Origin: the human T2T-CHM13v2.0 reference genome, Homo sapiens
Length of the DNA stretch: 64,000 nt
Assembly (NCBI RefSeq): GCF_009914755.1
Contig: NC_060926.1
Reading direction: 5' to 3' (one strand)
Part shown: positions 11,992 to 25,299 of the stretch, piece by piece
Position numbering within the stretch: the first letter of the stretch is position 1
Layout of the letters: each line of letters begins with the position of its first letter
The notes under the pieces: model-generated
What the model was told of the DNA's origin: nothing
Seen by the model: the letters and a program-made list of their open reading frames with translations, nothing else
The model's database searches: none
Program-made: the position numbers and the translations under genes

Positions 11992-12750
11992 TGACTCACC
12001 TCCCAGTGAGATACTATGCCAAGGTTCAAACCACCATTAACACACTGTCCCCATGGCTTTGGAGAGAAAACTAGGTCACAGTGATAATGGAAAGGAAAGA
12101 AATCGAGTAGTCAAGTCTGACTTTTCTATCAGCCTCATAGGGCTCTGAGTCAAGGTTTATGCACCAGCACTAAACCTTCTGAGAAAGCAGCTACCCATTC
12201 TGAGATGGGACTGCACGTGTTAGATGGGGTCCTTGAATGAGCAGCCACTACTACAATGACAGTGTGCAGCCAGCATCTGGGACAGCTCAGATTCCTTGCT
12301 CCATCTGTACACTGAGTCAGACTCAGGTGAAGGAGACCTAAATGATAAAGAAAGTATTCAGGGATGACAGCCAAAGGGAGGGCCAGGTCTCCTGGGAAAC
12401 TTGGGGTTTAGGCCTTATGAAGACAGGTTCTTATTAACAAGAAGTCATTCTAGTTTCCTTCCTGAAGGAGGAATGTAGATTCAGATACTGACAGATTTTA
12501 ATTTTCTCAAGATTACTGAGTCTACAGAACCACTTTAATGTGGCTTTTTGCCACATTTATAGCACAGAACAGGTCGGCTGTCCTCTGTTCTCGGATTTCT
12601 TTTCCTACTTGGCAATTCCATTTCCTCCTGACTCAAATGTGCTTCCTCTCTTTGGGAAGGCACAGGATGCCACTGACTCAGCACCAGAAGAATGTGTGCT
12701 TTGGGTTGTTTCGCCAACCACGGGCATGAGCTGAGTGAAAGAAGGAAGTA
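11992..12750. promoter_or_regulatory. Candidate AP-1/NRF2-type enhancer
   Basis: TGASTCA at 11992, 12146, 12313, 12629, 12674; the last is TGACTCAGCA; AACCAC and GGAA cores nearby; function inferred only. Confidence 0.45.
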
Positions 12751-12964
12751 AAGGAAGAGGTGGGGCACCCACTGCTGGCTCAGCTTCTACCTCCTTCACT
12801 TGCAAGCTGCCTAACCTTGGGCAAATCATGCTGGTGTCTTATACCCTGTGTTTGTAGAAAATGAGAGTGGGGGAGGTGACAACATCTCGCCTTTGAAGCA
12901 GAGGTGGTTAATACTATGGGCTTCTGGAAGTCCCTTCCAAGTTAAAGTCCAAAAGTATGAAAGT

Positions 12965-13200
12965 AGTAATATCTAATATAATTAACTGTCTATTGTGTTC
13001 CAAGGTCCTTGTTGATCACCTTACATAAAATATCTCGATTCCTCACAAGATCCTACATGGTGGGTATCACTGGCCACATTTTTCAGAGAAAAACTCTCAG
13101 AAGAAAGTTGAATAAATTACAGTGGTTGGGTAAAGCTTTCAGTTCTTGGTGTATATGACTCCCAAATTTGTTTTCTGTCCTTTGTGCAAGGCTGTTCTTA
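12965..13200 (-). mobile_element. MIR fragment
   Basis: 'atctcgattcctcacaagatcctacatggtgggtatcactggccacatttttcagagaaaaact' follows the MIR core. Confidence 0.55.
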
Positions 13201-13524
13201 GGTCTATGATATATACTATATGTGATCAATGTTCCCTGTAATTCTTTCAGGTTGACAGTAGCCAGCCATGTTTCATGAACAACAGCCTTTGATGGCTGAG
13301 TATGCATGAGAGGAATTTCATGTTGCAATTAAAATTATAATAAGATTAATCAGACACATATTTAATGATATGTATAACAGCTATTGTGCTACACATCATT
13401 AGGCAAAAGTGGTAAGCCATTCAAATGAATGAAAATAATTATTTTTACACTGCTGAAGCATGCATGGCTGTAATCAGACAGGAATTGAGATGAGATGAAA
13501 AAACTGTTAGAATAAAAATATAAA

Positions 13525-13770
13525 AATAATTGTTCTATTTATTAAATGTACTGCTAATCTCCAAGCATTATGCTAGGTATTTTATATGTGTTATCTCATT
13601 TAATCCCCCTAACAACAATATGAGAAATATATATATATTTTTAACAGATGAGGAAACTGAGGCTCAGGGAAGTTGAGAAAATTTTTCAGGGTTGTTAATC
13701 TAGTAGAGATTGGGATGAAATGCCAATATAGGAAATGTCACATAACATCATTTCTCTTATGCACTGTGCC
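13525..13770 (-). mobile_element. MIR
   Basis: 'atctcatttaatccccctaacaac...ttttaacagatgaggaaactgaggctcagggaagtt'. Confidence 0.85.
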
Positions 13771-13925
13771 CCTCAGCCACCTCTAAATGGAAGAACCACT
13801 CACTCATTCTTCCCTCTCATTTCACCAGGTTTGCTTTTAATAGGATGCACTGCTTTACCTTCAACTAAATTGGTGTTAGAATGCCACTGTTCATTCTGCC
13901 TGTATTACTAGTTGTAATATGTAGG

Positions 13926-14273
13926 TGTTATGGACTGAATGTGTCCAGAAAATTCATATATAGAAGCCCTATCTCCCAACGTGATAGTATTTGGAAGTAG
14001 GGCTCTTGGGAGGTAATTGAGTTTAGATTAGGTCCTGAAAGTGGGACCCTCATGATGGGATTACTGCCACTATAAGGAAATGAAGAAACACAAGATCTTC
14101 ACCCCAGCCCTGCAGCTGTCTATAAGCCAGGAAAAAGGCTCTCACCAGGAACCAGATACGCTGGTATCTTGAACTTGGGCTTCCAGTCTCCAGAACTGTG
14201 AGAAATAAATGTCTGTTGTTTAAACCACCCAGGATATGGTATTTTGCTATAGTGTCCTGAGCCGACCAAGACA
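13926..14273 (+). mobile_element. MLT1A0-like solo MaLR LTR
   Basis: TG...CA ends ('tgttatggactgaatgtg' ... 'gaccaagaca'); 'ccagaactgtgagaaataaatgtctgttgtttaaaccaccca'. Confidence 0.9.
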
Positions 14274-14352
14274 ATGAGTGACTTTCTAATCTCCTGTTCC
14301 ATAAACAGAACTCCATTAATTTTTTACTAGGAGGGGAAAAAGCGGGGAGGAA

Positions 14353-14600
14353 TGTATTAGTTAGGAAAGGCTAATTTATGCTTAGGATTTTGTAACACAC
14401 GGATACAAAATTTCAGTGGCTTAGAGTTACAAATTATGTTCCATGTCTATCATTGAGAAATTGAGGTTGGGAAGGCCATCTCTCCCAGCGCTGGACAAAT
14501 GCTGTTCCCAACGGTTCCCAAATGGAACAGTGCCGGTTATCTTAGCAGAGCAAAGAGAGGACTGCAAAACCTTTGCTCTCTCCTCAATGCTACATGCCAG
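14353..14600 (-). mobile_element. Old MLT1 (J/K/L-like) LTR fragment
   Basis: 'tgtattagttaggaaaggcta...aaatttcagtggcttag'. Confidence 0.5.
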
Positions 14601-17009
14601 AGAAAGTGAGGTTCAGGTCAGCCAGAAACCCATTTGGGATCAGCACCCCAGTAGTTCAGCAGACAAGAAGTTTTCTTATTGATTAAAATAGACATCTGGA
14701 AATGAATAAAAATTCCAAAGAGAAACTTCACTAGCTTTGCAATTTTTCTTTGAAATCTGCTCTGACTTTACAGGTCAATTCAGGTATCACTTAACATTGT
14801 CCATTCTCTCTCCTGTCTCCATCCTTTCTTCACCACCAATGTCTAGGACTCTGAGACTAAGCAGGGAAGAGTGTTGAGATACCCTGATAGGTACATTGTA
14901 GTGCTTTGCATGTCCTCATAGACACAAACAGCATTTGTTTACAAAGTGTATTGTTCCCTTAGTGGTGGGGAATATCTATAGATTTGTGGAAACTTCTTGT
15001 ATCCTAGGATATGCCCAATCACAATGCTTGTCTTGGTAAGACAGAAAACTAAATGGTCTGAAGTAGGGATAAATATTGACTTGGTTAATCTGCTGCATGC
15101 ATGCACTGATATGAAAAATAAGTACCAAGGGGTTCTGAATTTATTTATGTTTCTAGATAAATAGAATACATATATTGAACTTAATACCAAGAATAAGTAG
15201 CAGTGACTAACTTCCTTTCCTGTCAGTCAGTTAAGCAATATTATTGACAATGTATGTACTGAACATTTCACAGTACAGAGGGGGTGGGTCTGAGCCAGGG
15301 ATCCAAAGGCCCAAGGCATCTACCTCCAATTAGGTGATGTGATATTTCTGGACCTCAATTTCTTAATGCAAACAGTAAGAATGAATGAGATATATCTCAG
15401 GTCCTCAGGAACCATAACACAGTATTATCTCTTCTCAGGCTTAAATTACATTGCAAAAGTTTTTGTTAGTTTTGGTAGGTGAAAGCTTCCAGGAAGAGGA
15501 TGAAGAGGAGGAAGGAAGAAACACTTATGTTCCCAGTCTGATAAAGGATGTCAGGTTTGCGTGAGAAAAATAATAAAGATGGTTTTGGCTTGCAAAGATT
15601 CAATGGACTAGAATCCATGCAGTATAAAGGTGGCACTGCAGAGTTAAGATGCTTTAGATTTCCCTAGGGAGTTGGGTCAGATGGACTGTTTTGGCCTCAA
15701 CTTCTTTACTCCTTCCTTTGATGCATTTCTTTTGTCTAGGGAGGATGATTTAAAGAGTAGTTACTGATAGAGACAGAGTCACTAAAAGCTACTGGGAACA
15801 GGCTCTCCCAGCATTAGTAAGGTTTTACAATTCTAGTGCTGAAAAGGAATCTTTTCTATTTGAGCCTAGGTCCATGACACCAGCTGACATATCTCTCTTT
15901 GCCTTTCTCCTGCCTGCTTTATTCTAAGTTCACTCCTTTTCTTGTACCTCTGCCTCCGAATTTCCAGTACAAAGCTCTTTCTGATAATTATGTTTGCACT
16001 CCTCTGTGCCACTACTGTGACCCAACAATGAAGTGTGACCATTCTGACTTCCAGATTGCCAGCTCAAAATATCAATTCTGTTGATCTGTTTTTTCTTCTA
16101 CGCTCAGAAGACCTGGAACCATGGTAGGAAGTGGGACAGGGAGCATTTGGACAAGCTGTTCAAGAACTGATCATGCTCATGTGTATGGGAAAACAGATGG
16201 AGGAAGAGAAATTCCTGAAGAGCACAAGACTGGTGGGGCAAGGAACAAGCCTACTGAGATGAGTTGCAGATTTGAAGATGGGAGAAATGGTTTCGTTGTC
16301 TACCATGTAAAAACTCATTTATGCAAGATGCTTGATATCTGAATTTCAATTTCTTCATTATCAAAATGAATATTAAAAATACTCTACTTCTTAGAGTTGT
16401 CAAAAAGATACGGAGATGTGAATAATTTGAAATTATTATCTATATGTAAAGTATTACTATATTTACTATCCTTATCAAATATTTATCCTACTGTCTAACA
16501 CATTAAATGGACAAAATAGAACATTTGAAGGGTGTAGATCTTGAAAGTTTAATTTTACATAAAAAAGGCCAGAAACCTTTCCTAAGAAAAATGTACATAT
16601 TGCAAAATGTAGCATATGATTTCAATGGGGCCCACAAACCTTTGAAGGCTAGCTGTGGATCTTCAGAGTGAAACAAAACAAAGTAAAATGCCCTAAGATA
16701 TGAAAAGCTTACCTTTAAGTAGAAATATTCTGGGTACTTTTCTTCTTTTAAATTATCAACTTTATTGTATGATTTGTTCTATAGATTATCTATTTATTGT
16801 TCATTTCTAAACCTTAGGATTCCGAAATCTTCAGCAAAATAAATTACTCAACAGGTAACTAATAGTGTGGCTGAAGGAGGGACAGGAGTTGTTTTGATTA
16901 TTTCATTTGTTTCTATGAGACCTGTTTGGAAAGCTAGGCTGGCAGAAGCACAGCATTTTTACAGATACCCCATCAACTAAAAATGCATATGTATAGAAAA
17001 AGAGAGATC

Positions 17010-17160
17010 ACTGATATTATATATATAATACACATGCATGCATGCATATATACACATAATGTATACATATGAACATATATGCATGTGTATACATATAGAT
17101 ATATGAAATATAGATCTATATCTACATTATATATTATGTATTAGGAAATACAGATGTATA
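17010..17160. repeat. AT-rich (TA/CA) low-complexity tract
   Basis: tatata/catgcatgcat/tacaca runs. Confidence 0.85.
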
Positions 17161-17364
17161 AAATGAAAGTATTTTAGTAAATGGCTGAATCTAGAATTCC
17201 CAAGTAAAGCTGTAATTGTCACTTCCCTCTTTATTCTGTGCAGATACTAAGGAACCATTATCAAAGGGCCAGTAATCCTTTGGCCATTTTTTTATTTTTC
17301 ATTTTCTAAGGATAGCTTGTTTTGTAAGTTTCCTCTATGCTATTGGCATTATGTTACTGGAAAG

Positions 17365-17700
17365 CTTTTAATTCAATAAATATTTGGCAAGTATATATTG
17401 TGCCAAGAATAGAGATATTAATTTTTAGAAAGACTCAAGCATGAGACATAAACGTTTGAAAGAATGAGTCGTACTTTGGAAAGTACAATATAACAAGAGC
17501 AGTGCCTACTTTGTTTGTGCAAAAAAGGAGGTAATTAACATTACCTGAGAGGGATCAAGAGATGGCTTTTCAGAAGGTGACCTGCAACATCGATATCTGT
17601 CCTCCAGAGAGAAGAAAGAAGGTTTTCTTCAGAAGGGAAGATCATGTGCTAAGCAACAGGAATTTGGAGGCACTAGGTAAAAGAGAAAGTTCAAGAAAAC
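17365..17700 (-). mobile_element. L2 fragment
   Basis: 'attcaataaatatttggcaagtatatattgtgccaag' then purine-rich L2 body. Confidence 0.55.
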
Positions 17701-17989
17701 TTAGGGTTTTTCATTCTACAAGAAGATAATTGGACTGCTACCTTATTTCCATCTCTTGCATGTGTAGCCACAGAAGGAGCAGTTGCATTTTCTTTTAGCA
17801 CCTCATCTTGACTCTAATTCTACTCTAAATGTATCTGCTATAGATTAGCCTATTTTTGTTTCCATATGTACCTTTACGATAAGACTGATAATAAATATCC
17901 AGTGATAATCTCTCCATTTATTCAATAAATATTTATTGAACTACATTGTATTAGTTTCTATATATAAAGGTGATTATTTCAAAGACTTC

Positions 17990-18290
<301 letters not shown>

Positions 18291-18487
18291 TTTAAATTTC
18301 TTACATTTACTACACAGCCCTTCTACATTCTTTTGGGCGGGGGTGGGGGGGGGGACTAGCTCCAAAGAGATTTCTCTATTGCTCTAATAAATCCATTCTT
18401 CTAGCTAAAATTGGTTATCTTCTGTTGCTCAGTTTCTCCAACTCTGCCTCAGTGCTCCTGTCAAGAACGCCTCTGCCATCTCATCTA

Positions 18488-18810
18488 CAATAATCTATCA
18501 CTTAACAATGGGGATATGTTCTGAGGCATATTGTTAAGCAACTTCATCACTACATGAACATCACTTATACAAACCTAGATGGTGTAGTCTACTACACACC
18601 TAGGCTATGTGATGCAGCATATTGTTTCTAAGCTACAAACCTGTACAACATGTTGCTGTACTGAATACTGCAGGCAATTTTAACACAATAAGTATTTGTG
18701 TATCTCAACACAGAAAAAGCACAGTAGAAACACAGTATTAGAATCCGACAGACCACTGTCATATATGTGGTCTGTTGTTCACTGAAACATCATTATGAGA
18801 CACATGACTG
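18488..18810. mobile_element. Tigger3a/MER7A MITE
   Basis: TA-flanked; 'aacctagatggtgtagtctactacacacctaggcta', 'gctacaaacctgtacaacatgtt', ends 'cacatgactg|ta'. Confidence 0.88.
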
Positions 18811-19008
18811 TAAAAGCACCAAGCCTTGTCTTTACCAAGTCTCACGTTTTCTTTCTCCAAGGAGATTTTTCTAGAACAACCCAACCCAATTGTTTTCTTT
18901 CCCTTTCAAATCTACTGCCTTGAATTTTACTGTTTAAATACTTTCTCCTTATCTTTCTTCCTAGATATTAATCATCTTTAGGATTAGAACCTAAAGCGTA
19001 AGTCTAAT

Positions 19009-19905
19009 TGTGCCCAGAATTGCTTCCTTCCAGTGGGTTCCTGGTCTCGTTGACTTCAAGAATGAAGCTGCAGACCCTCACAGTGAGTGTTAACAGCTCT
19101 TAAAGATGGTGTATCCTGAGTTTGTTCCTTCCAGGTGTTCAGATGTGCCTGGAGTTTCTTCCTTCTGGTGGGTTCGTGTTCTTGCTTACTTCAGGAGTGA
19201 AGCCACAGACCCCCGTGGTGAGTGTTACAGCTCATAAAGGTAGTGAGGACACAAACAGTGAGCAGCAGCAAGATTTATTGTTAAGGGCGAAAGAAAAAAG
19301 CTTCCACAACTTGGAAAGGGACCAGAGCGGTTTGCTGCTGCTGGCTCACGTGGCCAGCTTTTATTCCCTTATTTGGCCCCACCCACGTCCTGCTGATTGG
19401 TCCATTTTACAGAGTGCTGATTGGTCCATTTTACAGAGTGCTGACTGGTGCATTTACAAAAACCTTTAGCTAGACACAGAGTGCTGATTGGTGCGTTTTT
19501 ACAGAGTGCTGATTGGTGCACTTACAAACCTTTAGCTAGACACAGAGTGCTGATTGGTCCATTTTTTACAGAGTCCTGATTGGTGCGTTTGCAAACCTTT
19601 AGCTAGACACAGAATGCTGATGTGGTACGCTTTTACAGAGCACTGATTGGTGTGTTTACAATCCTTTAGCTAGACACACAGTGCTGACTGGTGCGTTTTT
19701 ACAGAGTGCTGATTGGTGTATTTACAAACCTTTAGCTAGACACTGAGCACTGATTAGTGCGTTTTTATAGAGTGCTGATTGGTGCATTTACAATCCTTTA
19801 GCTAGACCCAGAGTGCTGATTGGTGCATTTACAGTCCTCTAGCTAGACAGAAAAGTTCTCCAAGCCCCCACCCGACCCAGGAAGTCCAGCTGGCTTCACC
19901 TCTCA
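19009..19905 (-). mobile_element. Solo LTR12 (ERV9 LTR), 897 bp
   Basis: Minus strand begins TGAGAGGTGAAGCCAGC and ends ...CACA; 4-bp TSD TAAT at 19005-19008 and 19906-19909; tandem 'agagtgctgattgg' / 'tagctagacac' U3 repeats. Confidence 0.97.
19345..19850 (-). promoter_or_regulatory. LTR12 U3 promoter/enhancer: CCAAT-box array and AATAAAA TATA-like box
   Basis: 14 'ctgattgg'-type units, 10 with intact ATTGG; ttttatt at 19359-19365; NF-Y use of LTR12 repeats is established for the family, not shown for this copy. Confidence 0.65.
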
Positions 19906-21874
19906 TAATCATTTTACACTTCTCACTATCCATTATAGTAGCCAACACAGTGCTTTGCACATCCGATTTCATATTTAATTAATGGTTGGTTTGAAATTTC
20001 GGTTGTATCTCCACATTCATGAAAACAGAAGGGTTTTTATAGCTTGGATAAACATTGAAATGCCCTCAGATTACATGAAAAGAATATGAAAGGTCAGTAC
20101 TTAGGCGTAAAACAACTTGACCGTTCTTAAAACCACTTCTTTTCAATTATAAACATTTCAAAATGAGATCCAAGGTTTTGAGCATGAAACCATCTGAATC
20201 TTATTTCTTCTGCATAATTTTAGCTTTGCAGACCATATTTTCAATTTCTAGACTTTAGCACATTATTAGTAACGTCAAGGCTATATCTCTAGAATTACAC
20301 TGCTCTCCTCTGCCCTTCTTGGCAGTGTTGTTTGAGCTATAGGAAAATCAGCAAAGAAGTTCTTACTGTGATGTTTTTCTATGTACTGTGGGAAGAACTG
20401 GCACCCAAGGCTATGTCTGCATTATTTATACCACTTTGATAGATTAAATCTTAACTGTACCATAGAGCTTTTAAAGACATGTCTGTAAACGTTTAAGGAT
20501 TACACAGGTGTTCATCCTGACTGCAAACAAAGACTCCTTTTTGTGGCTGGAAAACAAAATTAAAATGTAACAGTGTCCTACAAGCCATGGTTTCTGCTTA
20601 AAACAGATCCTTGACTGGACACGTCAGATAGATTTGTTACTCTTGACACATTTTTGGAGTTCAACAAAGTAGCCAACATCAATAGAAACATTTCTGTGAT
20701 CCTATACTTCTAAAGTTAATCTCTCTGACGGTGACATTTCATAAAGGAATGGTAATGTTGGTATTCTACCAATGTGACAATATCCTAAAGGACTTTTATC
20801 CTGAAAGGACTTTTTATCCCCAAGCTCTAAAGTATTCTTAAAGTTATTTCATCCTTTTCTCTGTGCTGTTACCAACTCTATGGTGAAATTTTGATGTGTT
20901 ACCAAAAGACAAGAGCCTTATTTTTGGAAAGTATTGTTCACAGGGCCCCTGAGGATTTTTTCTTTTTATTTTTATAACTGGAAGATCTGATTTTATTCTC
21001 TGAAACTCAGGACTTGCTAGAGTTCCTTTTCAAGAAGGTAATAATTTTATGAGTTTTCCTTGGAAATAATTATAATCACCTTCAATTCAGTGAAAGATAA
21101 TATTTTCTCAGCTACTAAAGGTCCACATCAGTGTAAATCATTTATTTACTCGACATTACAGAAGCTGATATAATAAGTCATTGAAATATTTAACCAATAA
21201 TAAAGAAGAGTACAATGATAATTATAAGGTAGGAGGACTGTAATCATGTTTTCCTCAATAAGATAATTGAATTCTAATTTATATGCAGCCCATATGTCAT
21301 AGTTTCTAATTGCAAAACCAGTTATTTACTGAATTCAACCTTTCCTTCTTCTTTGTCCTTTCTGTTCCTCTCTCACTTTTTTCCCTAGATATTACTCTAG
21401 GAAAATTTACAACCTGAAGCAAGGAGAAATAAGATTTCTCTTCTAAATGCTGAATTTGAAAGGTAGGGACAAAATACATACAAAAATTGAAAGAAGGCTT
21501 TGAAGTATTTGACAGTGTATTCTTAGGTCATACTAGACTTAATTCTCATTCTTCCGTTTATCAAATTATCATACTTAAGGTTTATAACTCATGTAACCAG
21601 AGCTGTCTAACACAATGGATATTATTTTACTATATCATTATTGAGCACAAAATCAGCAACTCCATAGGAGAGTAGTCAAGGCTTAGCCAGGGATCTCCTA
21701 ATTCCCATTCTGACTCCAAAATTAGAATTGTATCTGGCCTCCACAGTATACTTTGCATTGCCCCCCAGATCAAGAGATTTTAAAACAGCAATCTCAGTTT
21801 TTTGTCTTCTTTTTTTTTCTAAATCTAGTAAACACACTCTTCAGTATGTCAGTGTAGAAATTAGATTGCTGAAA

Positions 21875-22080
21875 GCCCTAGCTATGTTGACAAATACAGA
21901 AGCCATTAACTACATGTAACTATTTATATTTAAATTAATTTTTAAAAATTTAGAAGAAAATTAAAAATTCAGCTTTTCAGTTGCACCAGTCATGTATCAA
22001 GAGTTCAGCAGCCATAAATGGGTAACAATTACTATAGTTGACAGTTCAGATATAGAAAGTTTCCATAATCACAGAAAGTG
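21875..22080. mobile_element. MER33 (hAT-Charlie) fragment
   Basis: 'aattaaaaattcagcttttcagttgcaccagtcatg...gatatagaaagtttccataatcacagaaagt'. Confidence 0.7.
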
Positions 22081-24390
22081 GAAATTAAAACTAGAAATTA
22101 AACAATATGCTTCCAAACTTCTATTTGTCTATGCATAAGTCACATTAATGGTTAAAATATATTTTAAATCAAATGAAAATTAAGAATTACATATGACACA
22201 CTAAACCTTGTGAATACGGTTAAACAAAGAGAAATGTATAGTCTTAAGTGAAAGCACCAAAAAGAAATATAAATGAATAGAATCTTTAAAAAATGCAAAT
22301 AAAATATATAAAAGAAGAAAATACATTTGAAATTAACAGTACAAAATAAAGTTGCAATAGGGAAAAACCAAAGTTGGCTCTTTGAATATACTAATAAAAC
22401 TGAATACCAATTAGCATGAATGATAAAGAAGAAAAGGGTGACAACGCAAATTATCAATATCCGAAATAAAAAGTAGAAATCACTAGAGACCCTAGGACAA
22501 TTTTTTAGAAAGATATTATAATAAAATTTATGCAAAAAATAATTTCATTGACCTGTAAATGTTATTACATAATACAATTTACCAAAATTTGCAGAAAGTG
22601 AAATTACAAATTTGAATATTCTTATCTCAAACAAATAAATTGAATCAATTATTGGAAACATATATAATACCCAGAGTCCAAATAGTTTTAACATTGAGTT
22701 TTTTCAAATTTTAAAAAATTCCCTCATATGACATATACACATCTGAAAACAGAAAAAGAGAGAACCCTTTCATAACTTTTTATGAAACCAGCATAACTTT
22801 GATACCAAAATGTGACATTATAGGGAAAAAAATTAGAAGGCAATCTCTCTCCTGAACAAAGATACAAAAATCTTTAATAAAATATTAACAAATGAAATCT
22901 AGATATATAGAAAAAGGATAATTCATTATTTTTAGTAGTTTCAATCTAGTAATTCTAGGTTGGCTTAACACTTGAAAATCAAATCATATAATATAATGCA
23001 TTAAGATAAAAAAGGTGAAAAAGCATATTGTCATCTCAATAGATAAAGAAAATGCCTTTAATCAAAATTCAAATCTCATTCATGATAAATGTGCTACTTA
23101 ACATTTTTTGGAGGTCCTAGCAAGTACAATAAGGCAAGAAAGAAAAGACAAAATTGAAAAGAAATAAAAATGGTATTATTTCAGACAACCTGAAACTCTC
23201 ATGTAATTTTAATGCAAGCCCTTCAGAATATTCTTTGAAATTACCTACCAATGCTAAATATATGGATACTGCACAACTCAACAATTCATTTCTAGATATA
23301 TATACCCAACAGAAATGTGTACATGGATTCTCCAAATGACATCTGTAAGAATGTTTACAGAGCACATTTTTAATAATGAAGCCTGGAAATTTACCAATTG
23401 CTCATGAATGCATACATATCACAACAATGAAATCCTGTATAGCACAATAATATAATCTATATAGTAACGTGATTAAACAAATGGTATATCACACCAAAGA
23501 AATACTATATAGCAATAAGAATAATCAAATAGCAATGGCATAGCTACATGGATGAATCTCACAAAAAATGTAAAATGAAAGAATGCATGCAAGGGGAATA
23601 CATACTGTATGATTGATATAAAGACAAAAAACCTACAAAACCAATCTATGATGTTAAAGGACAGCGTATTGCCATTGGAGATGTAGTGACTGGATAATTT
23701 CAAAGGTTAAAACAGTAACTTCACAAAAAGGAAATCTGTTAGACACCACCTTAAGAAGTGATCAAAATTTATGTAACTGTAATTGAGACAACATTATATC
23801 ATAATGCCTTTTGATTAAGGATGGCACATCGCTTCTGTGGTTTATTCCTAAAAATGCATAAGGAGATCAAGCAATCTTTAAGAGATATTATACTGTACAT
23901 TTTGCATGCTGCAAAAATGTCAAATTTAAAAAGGAAAAAAATGAATGAAAAACTGTTAGATATAAAAATTAAAGAAGATATTACTACTAAATGGATTGAC
24001 ACTGGACAGGGGGATGGGACAAGGGGCTATAAAGAACATAATTGTAATGATTAACAATTTGAACATAGACTATGGATAATAGATAATTTCTGATTTTTCT
24101 AATCAGACTGTTATATGAAAGAATACTCATTTTCCTAAGAAATATACACAAATATTTAAGAGAAAGGGAACTCGACATTTCTAATACATTATTAGAAACA
24201 ATGCTTGGTATGCACGTAAGTGTACATAGACCTGTATGTTGTATACAGAGAAAAATGATAAAACAAATGGCAAAAAAAATGTACAATTTCTAAATTTGGG
24301 GAAACGGTATAGTAAGAGTCCAATGGATTCTTCTGCCAACTCTTCTGTAAGTTTAAAATTATATAAAATAAAAAGTAAAAAATAAAAACT
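22081..24390 (+). mobile_element. Old L1 (L1M/L1MC/L1ME) fragments: ORF2 and 3' UTR
   Basis: 'aaagttggctctttgaa', 'ttttatgaaaccagcataactttgataccaaaa', 'tcatctcaatagataaagaaaatgccttt', 'ggaggtcctagcaagtacaataaggcaagaa'; L1MC-like 3' UTR from ~23700. Confidence 0.8.
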
Positions 24391-25002
24391 CAGGAGTGTA
24401 GGGTTTTATTCATCCTTTACAGATTTCTTGGATGGGGAAACCCGGTTTCAGAGAAGTCTTAAAGATACAGAAAATTGATCATTCAGGGATACAATTATAA
24501 TAATGTTCAAGGAGGCCAACTTGTGTTAACCAAGCTTCTAAGAAACTGATATATCAAGTAGAATGCCAGTTTATTAACAACAACAAAAATTGATACTGCT
24601 AAATGAGATGTAAGATTTGTGTGAGCCTATCTGTTACATTTTTCTTCTTGGCAGATATACATGGAAAACCACTTAATTATCTGACAACTGCTTTGTGAGC
24701 AGGGGTTCAGAGCATGCAGAGTTGTTTGAGTGTATCAGATGCTTAATGTTCAGATACTGAAAGCCTAACACACTATTTATTTCCACATTCTTCTTAGTGG
24801 GCAGACATTTTATTTATTTATCTATTTTTTGCCTAGTATTAATTATATATATCATGCTTGATTTTACAAATAAACTCAGTGTTAAGGGGATCTTGCTTAG
24901 ATCCAGCCTGTAGAGTGTATGTATATATTTTAGGCTCCTGTCCAGTCTGGAAAATCAGGACTTATTTTCATGATTGCTAATAATACTCTTTTACTGATTA
25001 TT

Positions 25003-25299
<297 letters not shown>

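Noticed and set aside
19390-19850. Regularly spaced repeats superficially like a CRISPR array
   Set aside because: Spacers are themselves repeated; these are LTR12 U3 tandem repeats in eukaryotic DNA
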